Source: Bacteroidales bacterium
GTDB lineage: Bacteria > Bacteroidota > Bacteroidia > Bacteroidales > UBA932
NCBI GenBank assembly: GCA_017556765.1
Contig: JAFYME010000075.1
Coordinates: 3,752-67,751, forward strand
DNA length: 64,000 nt
Direction: 5' to 3'
Shown here: one piece after another, positions 57,783 through 64,000 of the stretch
How the letters are laid out: every line of letters begins with the position of its first letter
Position numbering within the stretch: position 1 is the first letter of the stretch
Made by a program: the position numbers and the translations under genes
The notes under the pieces: generated by a model
The model's database searches: none
Seen by the model: only the letters and a program-made list of their open reading frames with translations
Told to the model about the DNA's origin: nothing

Positions 57783-60368
57783 ATGAGGTTATACAGATTG
57801 ATCTTCCTTACGCTTTTTCTGACTCTGTCGAGCTCTGTATGGGCCCAGCAGTCAGGTGCTGACGTTACGGTAGATTACAACAATCCAAAGAAATACATTG
57901 TCGGTGGAGTGAAGCTCGAGGGAAACGAACATTTTTCTCCTGAGCAGATTCTCCAGCTGACCGGACTTCAGGAAGGCATGGAAGTCACCGTGCCGAGCGA
58001 GGAGATGACAAATATCGTCAAGAGACTCTGGGGACAGAGATTCTTCGACGATGTGTCAGTCGTTATCGACTCTCTTGCGCCGACTCGTGATACGGCTTTC
58101 TTCAAGATTTCGATCATCGAGCGTCCGCGTGTGTCGCGCTGGACTTTCAGCGGTGTCAAGAGCGGTGAGGAGAAGGAACTCCTCGAGAGGTTGAATTTCC
58201 GCCGTGGTGGAGAGTTCTCGGATTATGTAGCGAAGACCTCGACAGACATCATCAAGAGATATTACAAGGAGAAGGGCTTCTACAATGTCAAGGTAGACGT
58301 GAATACCAAGAGGGACAGCGTCATCAAGAGTGCGATCAGGGTTCAGTTTGCGGTTGACAAGGGACAGAAGGTGAAGATCAAGAAGATCACTTTCAACGGA
58401 GTTGAAAATGTCAAGGAAAGCAAGCTTGTACGCTCAATGAAGAAGACAAGGGATGCTCGTCTCCAGAACTTCTTCAGTTCCAAGAAATTCCAGGAAAAGG
58501 AATATGAAAACGACAAGAGAGCGCTCCTTACAGCTTTCAACGAAGCTGGTTACAGAGATGCGAGGATCGTCAAGGATACCATGTATTATATAGAACCGAA
58601 CAGGTTGCAGATCGATTTCCAGATCGATGAGGGAAAGAGATATTACTTCAGAGACATCACATGGACAGGAAACTCGATCTATAGTTCGGAGAACCTGAAT
58701 GAGGTCCTTAAGATCGGCAAGGGAGATGTCTATGACATGGTTACAATGCAGAAGAGACTCTTTGGAGGCGGAAAGCAGAGCGAGTATGATGTGACCAAAC
58801 TTTACCGTGACAACGGATACCTGTTCTTCAATATCCAGCCGGTGGAGATGAATGTGGAAGGCGATTCTGTGGATGTGGAGATGAGAATTTCCGAGGGTAA
58901 GCCAGCGACATTGAACAATATCGTGATCAATGGTAATGACCTTACCAACGAGCGTGTCATCCGCCGTCAGGTATTTACCCGTCCGGGTTATCTGTTCAGC
59001 CAGTCAGACTTCGAACGTTCTATCCGAGAGATTGCGTCAATGGGCCAGTTCGACCCTGAGGCTATCATGGGCGAGGGTGGATACTCTGTCATCCCTAACC
59101 AGATGAACAATACCGTAGACCTTGTTTATAATGTGACGGAGAAGCCTTCAAGCCAGCTTGAACTTTCTGGAGGATGGGGAGGAAACACATTCGTGGCGAC
59201 AGTCGGTGTGAGCTTCAACAACTTCTCGACACGACGTTTCTTTGACAAGTCTGCGTGGAGACCGGTGCCTCTTGGAGATGCCCAGAATCTCTCAGTCAGG
59301 TTCCAGACAAACGGTACATATTATACAAGCCTTTCAGCAAGCTTCTCAGAGCCATGGCTCTTCGGAAAGAAGCCGACTTCGCTGAACATGTCGCTTTATT
59401 ATACCCGTCAGACAAATTCATACATATATTATAATATCCTCAATAATGACGAGTACATGGAGGTGTATGGATTTGCGGCAGGACTCGGTAAGCGTCTGAA
59501 GTGGCCGGACAACTATTTCGTGCTTTACAACCAGCTCAGCTGGCAGACATACCGCCTTCAGAACTGGGCATATCAGTTCCTGTTCAACACCGGTATTTCA
59601 CACAACCTCAGCTACACGCTCAGTCTCTCGAGAAACTCAACCGACCAGCAGATCTATCCGCGTACAGGTTCAGACTTCAGCGTGTCGCTCCAGCTCACTC
59701 CTCCTTATTCTCTCTTGAGAAAGAAGGACTATGGACTTCTTGATGAAGATGGAAATCCTACAAAGGTGGACAGCTGGAAGAAGATCGATTACAACTATCA
59801 GTCTTCTCAGGACAGATACAAGTGGATTGAGTATCACAAGTGGTCGTTCAAGGGTGCCATATATTCTAAATTGGTAGGAGACCTCGTCCTGATGGCTCAT
59901 GCTCAGTTCGGATATCTCGGATACTATAACAGAAACTGGGGATATTCTCCGTTCGAGGGATTCCGTGTCGGTGGTGACGGTATGTCCGGATATGATACAT
60001 ATGGATCGGAGATCGTGTCGCTCCGTGGTTACGAGAACTACTCTCTTACTCCGCAGGCGATGTCTTCATACAATTCGACAGGTAACTATTATGCGGGTAA
60101 TGTCTATGACAAGTTTACAGTCGAGCTCCGCTATCCGGTGATTCTTCAGCCGCAGTCGACCATCTATGCTTTGCTCTTCCTCGAGGGAGGTAACTGCTGG
60201 TCAGACATCAGAGACTTCAATCCGTTCCAGATCAAGAGATCTGCCGGTGTCGGTGTGAGAATCTTCCTGCCTATGATCGGTCTCCTCGGAGTAGACTGGG
60301 GATGGGGATTTGATGATCCTGTAAACGGTGGAAGCCAGTTCCACTTCGTGATCGGACAGCAGTTCTAG
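57783..60368 (+). CDS. bamA: Outer membrane protein assembly factor BamA
   Basis: POTRA repeats, SLRGY motif, SAGVGVRIFLPMIGLLGVDWGWGFD and C-terminal Phe. Confidence 0.96.
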   Translation: MRLYRLIFLTLFLTLSSSVWAQQSGADVTVDYNNPKKYIVGGVKLEGNEHFSPEQILQLTGLQEGMEVTVPSEEMTNIVKRLWGQRFFDDVSVVIDSLAPTRDTAFFKISIIERPRVSRWTFSGVKSGEEKELLERLNFRRGGEFSDYVAKTSTDIIKRYYKEKGFYNVKVDVNTKRDSVIKSAIRVQFAVDKGQKVKIKKITFNGVENVKESKLVRSMKKTRDARLQNFFSSKKFQEKEYENDKRALLTAFNEAGYRDARIVKDTMYYIEPNRLQIDFQIDEGKRYYFRDITWTGNSIYSSENLNEVLKIGKGDVYDMVTMQKRLFGGGKQSEYDVTKLYRDNGYLFFNIQPVEMNVEGDSVDVEMRISEGKPATLNNIVINGNDLTNERVIRRQVFTRPGYLFSQSDFERSIREIASMGQFDPEAIMGEGGYSVIPNQMNNTVDLVYNVTEKPSSQLELSGGWGGNTFVATVGVSFNNFSTRRFFDKSAWRPVPLGDAQNLSVRFQTNGTYYTSLSASFSEPWLFGKKPTSLNMSLYYTRQTNSYIYYNILNNDEYMEVYGFAAGLGKRLKWPDNYFVLYNQLSWQTYRLQNWAYQFLFNTGISHNLSYTLSLSRNSTDQQIYPRTGSDFSVSLQLTPPYSLLRKKDYGLLDEDGNPTKVDSWKKIDYNYQSSQDRYKWIEYHKWSFKGAIYSKLVGDLVLMAHAQFGYLGYYNRNWGYSPFEGFRVGGDGMSGYDTYGSEIVSLRGYENYSLTPQAMSSYNSTGNYYAGNVYDKFTVELRYPVILQPQSTIYALLFLEGGNCWSDIRDFNPFQIKRSAGVGVRIFLPMIGLLGVDWGWGFDDPVNGGSQFHFVIGQQF

Positions 60369-60390
60369 ACCTGACGTACGGAACTTCCGG

Positions 60391-60478
60391 TTGTCATCTT
60401 GAATCCCAGTTTGTCATCCTGAATTCCAGATTGTCATCCTGAACTCCAGATTGTCATCCTGAACGTAGTGAAGGATCT
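60391..60478 (+). repeat. Tandem array of three 20-bp half-REP units ending in a complete TGTC-type REP
   Basis: TTGTCATCTTGAATCCCAGT, TTGTCATCCTGAATTCCAGA, TTGTCATCCTGAACTCCAGA, TTGTCATCCTGAACGTAGTGAAGGATCT. Confidence 0.88.
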
Positions 60479-60521
60479 TAAAACAAAATGAAAAATTAAA
60501 ATAAAAACAATTAATAACATT

Positions 60522-61094
60522 ATGAAGAAGATTATTTTGATCGCGGCGATGGCAGTCATTTCAGTTGCCGCAACAGCACAGAACCTCAAGTTCGGCTATG
60601 TAAACTACACTGAGCTTGTTCAGCTTGTGCCTGAGATGGATACAGTACGCGAGCAGCTCGAGGCTCAGGAGAAAGAGACATATGAGACTCTCGGCGCAAT
60701 GTACCAGGAGTATCAGACAAAGGCTGAGCAGTTCCAGCAGAAGCAGTCTACATGGACTCCAGCTATCCGTGACAGCAAGATGAAGGAGCTTCAGGAGATC
60801 GAGGCACGCTTCCAGGAGAACCAGCAGATCTTCCAGCAGGAGCTTCAGCAGATGCAGCAGATGCTTCAGGCACCTGTAATGGAGAAGGTTCAGAACACAG
60901 TTACCGAGCTCGCAAAGGCACAGGGCCTCGCATTCGTATTCGAGGAGACTCAGATGCTTTACATCGATCCTGCTCAGGGCGTGAACCTTACAACAGAGGC
61001 ACGCAAGGCTCTTAACATTCCTGAGGACAGAACTCTCGAGAGCCTCCAGGCAGAGCTTCAGGCAAAGGCTCAGGCAGCTCAGGCACAGATGTAA
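60522..61094 (+). CDS. skp: OmpH/Skp periplasmic chaperone
   Basis: Signal peptide, KFGYVN...LVPE and Q/E-rich coiled coil; after bamA. Confidence 0.88.
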   Translation: MKKIILIAAMAVISVAATAQNLKFGYVNYTELVQLVPEMDTVREQLEAQEKETYETLGAMYQEYQTKAEQFQQKQSTWTPAIRDSKMKELQEIEARFQENQQIFQQELQQMQQMLQAPVMEKVQNTVTELAKAQGLAFVFEETQMLYIDPAQGVNLTTEARKALNIPEDRTLESLQAELQAKAQAAQAQM

Positions 61095-61117
61095 TATACA
61101 TTTTTCAAAAGACATTG

Positions 61118-61158
61118 AAGGCAGGGATTCCGTTATTCGGAATTCCTGCTTTTTCTTT
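61118..61158 (+). terminator. Rho-independent terminator after skp
   Basis: GCAGGGATTCCG-ttatt-CGGAATTCCTGC followed by TTTTTCTTT. Confidence 0.85.
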
Positions 61159-61252
61159 GCATAAAAACTTTGAATTTGTATCCCTTATTCGCGAAAAATA
61201 CATACATTTGTATCAAAATCTAACCATTTGATTTAAAACCATAACATTAGCT

Positions 61253-63082
61253 ATGCAACATAAGGTCATTGATACTAAAGATGTTGTCATTAGGTTTGCT
61301 GGAGATTCGGGAGATGGTATGCAGCTCACCGGGTCTCTTTTTGCAGATATGTCAGCGATCTTCGGTAACGAACTTTCAACTTTCCCGGATTATCCGGCTG
61401 AAATCCGAGCTCCGCATGGTACTGTATCCGGTGTATCCGGTTTCCAGGTCCATATCGGCAGCGAACACATCACCACCCCTGGAGACTTCTGCGACCTCCT
61501 TGTCGCAATGAACCCGGCTGCTCTCAAGGCCAATGCAAAATGGCTCAAGAGGACAGCCATGGTGCTCATCGACTCTGACACATTCGACGAGGAAGGTCTC
61601 AAGAGAGCCGGACTCAAGAATGATCCTATCGCCGAACTCTATATAGAGGACAGAACGATAATCATCGCCCCTATCACAACCTTGACAGAGGAGAGCCTCA
61701 AAGACAGCGGCCTCGACAGAAAGACTGTCGCGAAGTGCAAGAATATGTTCACCCTCGGTATGGCTTGCTATATCTACAACCGTCCGATGGAGTACATATT
61801 CCAGTACCTCGAGCGCAAGTTCGGAAAGAAGAAGCCGGAGCTCATCGAGCCAAACAAGAAAGTCCTGAAAGACGGCTATAACTATGCGGCCAACATTCAG
61901 GCGATTCCAAATACATATAATATCGAGCCTGCACACCAGCCAAAGGGCCTTTACAGGAATATAACAGGTAACCAGGCGACAGCATGGGGACTCCTCGCCG
62001 CTGCGGAGAAGGCAAATCTTCCGCTCTTCTGCGGATCATATCCTATCACTCCTGCGACAGGTATCCTTGAGGAACTCGCTATCCATAAGAGCCTTGGGGC
62101 AAAGACGCTTCAGGCAGAGGATGAGATCGCAGGTATCTGTACAGCCATCGGTGCTGCCTTTGCCGGAAATCTTGCAGTGACTACAACATCTGGTCCTGGT
62201 CTTTCCCTCAAGTCTGAGGCTCTCGGACTTGCTGTCATGACCGAGCTTCCTCTTGTCGTTGTCGACGTTCAGCGTGCCGGCCCGTCTACAGGTATCCCTA
62301 CAAAGACAGAGCAGACCGACCTTAACCAGGCTCTTTACGGACGCAACGGAGAGTGCCCTATGGTTGTAATGGCGGCTCATTCTCCTGCGGGATGCTTCGA
62401 TGCGGCATTCAATGCTGCAAAGATCGCCCTTGAGCATATGACTCCTGTCCTCCTTCTTACAGAGGGCTTCCTTGGAAACGGTTCCGAGCCATGGCTCATC
62501 CCTTCAATGAAGGATTATCCGAAGATCGTACCTCCATTCGTACAGCCGAATACTGAATACAAGCCTTTCAGAAGAGATCCTGAGACTCTTGTACGCAAGT
62601 GGGCTGTTCCTGGAATGGCAGGCTATGAGCATAGAGTCGGCGGTCTTGAGAAGAACCACGACGGTGTCCTTTCGTCGGATCCTGTAAACCATGCAACCAT
62701 GGTGAGGGAGCGTGAGATGAAGGTTCAGAAGGTTGCGGACTTCATCCCTGAACTCGAAGTCAACGGACCGGAGAGCGGAAAGCTCCTCCTTGTAGGATGG
62801 GGTGGTACATACGGACACCTCCTTTCAGCGGTTCAGGAGCTCCGTGAGCAGGGCACAGATGTAAGCTTCGCTCATTTTGACTACATCATGCCTCTTCCAA
62901 GGAATACAGAACAGGTGTTCTCGAAGTATGACAAGATCCTTGTATGCGAGCTCAACAGCGGACATTTCGTGAACTATCTCCGTGGAAAATATCCGCAGTT
63001 CGACTACAAGCAGTTCAACAAGATCCAGGGTCAGCCTTTCCTCGTTCAGGAAATCGTAGCTGCAATAAAGGAGTGTTTATAA
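61253..63082 (+). CDS. korA: 2-oxoacid:ferredoxin oxidoreductase alpha subunit
   Basis: FAGDSGDGMQ, YPAEIR, YPITPA, QAEDEIA, TSGPG and DVQRAGPSTG motifs; TACATTTG box at 61203-61210. Confidence 0.93.
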   Translation: MQHKVIDTKDVVIRFAGDSGDGMQLTGSLFADMSAIFGNELSTFPDYPAEIRAPHGTVSGVSGFQVHIGSEHITTPGDFCDLLVAMNPAALKANAKWLKRTAMVLIDSDTFDEEGLKRAGLKNDPIAELYIEDRTIIIAPITTLTEESLKDSGLDRKTVAKCKNMFTLGMACYIYNRPMEYIFQYLERKFGKKKPELIEPNKKVLKDGYNYAANIQAIPNTYNIEPAHQPKGLYRNITGNQATAWGLLAAAEKANLPLFCGSYPITPATGILEELAIHKSLGAKTLQAEDEIAGICTAIGAAFAGNLAVTTTSGPGLSLKSEALGLAVMTELPLVVVDVQRAGPSTGIPTKTEQTDLNQALYGRNGECPMVVMAAHSPAGCFDAAFNAAKIALEHMTPVLLLTEGFLGNGSEPWLIPSMKDYPKIVPPFVQPNTEYKPFRRDPETLVRKWAVPGMAGYEHRVGGLEKNHDGVLSSDPVNHATMVREREMKVQKVADFIPELEVNGPESGKLLLVGWGGTYGHLLSAVQELREQGTDVSFAHFDYIMPLPRNTEQVFSKYDKILVCELNSGHFVNYLRGKYPQFDYKQFNKIQGQPFLVQEIVAAIKECL

Positions 63083-63084
63083 AG

Positions 63085-63145
63085 GGATCCCTCCCTGTGT
63101 TCAGGCTGACATGTTGATTGTCATTCTGAGCAAGGCGAAGAATCT
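63085..63145. repeat. Inverted pair of TGTC-type REP palindromes between korA and korB
   Basis: Minus strand TGTCAGCCTGAACACAGGGAGGGATCC (63085-63111) and plus strand TGTCATTCTGAGCAAGGCGAAGAATCT (63119-63145). Confidence 0.75.
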
Positions 63146-63160
63146 GTAAAATGAATAGTT

Positions 63161-64000
63161 ATGCCAAGATATACATTCAAAGAATTCAAGAGTGACCAGG
63201 AAGTAAGATGGTGCCCGGGATGTGGCGACCATGGCGTGCTTGCTGCTTTGCAGAGAGCGCTTCCTGATGTGACCGAGGCTTTAGGCTACAGCAAGGAAAG
63301 ATATGTGATCGTATCCGGAATCGGATGTTCGTCGCGTCTTCCTTATTATATGAATACATATGGCTTCCATAGCATCCACGGCCGTGCGACAGCGATTTCA
63401 ACAGGTATCAAGGTCGCAAATCCAGATCTTGCCGTATGGCAGGCGTGCGGAGACGGTGATGCTCTTGCGATCGGAGGAAACCACTTCATCCATGCCATCA
63501 GAAGAAATGTGGATATAAACATCATCCTCTTCAACAACCAGATCTACGGTCTTACAAAGGGACAGTATTCTCCTACTTCGAAGTTCGGCGCGATTTCAAA
63601 GACTTCTCCATATGGAACGGTAGAGCATCCGTTCAATCCGGGAAGCCTCGTGCTTGGAGCGAAGGGCACATTCTTCGCGCGAAGCCTCGACTCTGACCTC
63701 AAGCTTTCGTCAGAGGTGATGCTTTCTGCTGCAAAGCACGACGGATGTTCTGTAATGGAGATGCTTACAAACTGCGTGATCTTCAACGACGGAGCGCATA
63801 AGCTCATCGCCGATAGGGAAGTACGTGCAGACAGGACCATAGTTCTTCGTCATGGCGAGAAGATGATCTTCGGAAAGGACAGGAACAAGGGTATCATGCT
63901 CGACGGCATGGGCCTCAGGGTCGTTACCATCGGTGAGAACGGCATTACAGAGGACGATATTCTCGTACATGACGCTCATTCGGAGAATGTGGGTATCCAC
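63161..64000 (+). CDS. korB: 2-oxoacid:ferredoxin oxidoreductase beta subunit (runs off the window end)
   Basis: Own translation: MPRYTFKEFKSDQEVRWCPGCGDH, SGIGCSSR, HGRA, GDGD and NNQIYGLTKGQ. Confidence 0.93.
   Translation, partial: MPRYTFKEFKSDQEVRWCPGCGDHGVLAALQRALPDVTEALGYSKERYVIVSGIGCSSRLPYYMNTYGFHSIHGRATAISTGIKVANPDLAVWQACGDGDALAIGGNHFIHAIRRNVDINIILFNNQIYGLTKGQYSPTSKFGAISKTSPYGTVEHPFNPGSLVLGAKGTFFARSLDSDLKLSSEVMLSAAKHDGCSVMEMLTNCVIFNDGAHKLIADREVRADRTIVLRHGEKMIFGKDRNKGIMLDGMGLRVVTIGENGITEDDILVHDAHSENVGIH

Noticed and set aside
60391-60478. Mini CRISPR array
   Set aside because: The period is 20 bp, there are no unique spacers and no cas genes, and the units match the REP family.

Overview
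Core-genome window of a Bacteroidales bacterium. Many TAnnTTTG -7 promoter boxes and the gene set support the order; a Rikenellaceae/RC9-like placement is only an impression. Contents in order: truB, rpiB, glycerate kinase, gltX, the dcw cluster mraZ to ftsZ (no murF), an M23 peptidase, glpF/glpK, miaB, rpoN, upp, radC, tRNA-His, a carboxyltransferase, an accessory peptide/fimbrillin/nuclease cassette, a NigD-like lipoprotein, a Fur-family regulator, trxB-bamD-rpoZ-recN, a SusC/SusD locus ending in a TlpA thioredoxin with no glycoside hydrolase, LysM/GT4/OmpH genes, pdxJ, nadK-uppS-bamA-skp and korA/korB (partial). Three observations stand out. (1) An 879-aa fimbrillin-like lipoprotein is joined in frame, across a single TGA followed by a GC-rich hairpin and a Gly/Ser linker, to an intact non-specific endonuclease domain. 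This is a candidate for programmed stop-codon readthrough, and the gene is preceded by an unannotated 49-aa peptide ORF. (2) Three 110-160 bp palindromic elements share a conserved core but have unrelated self-complementary outer stems; one is inserted in frame within truB. (3) A separate family of CGTC/TGTC-type REP palindromes includes a polarised tandem array. No transposase, integrase, CRISPR array or rRNA was seen. All calls come from reading motifs by eye; no searches were run.
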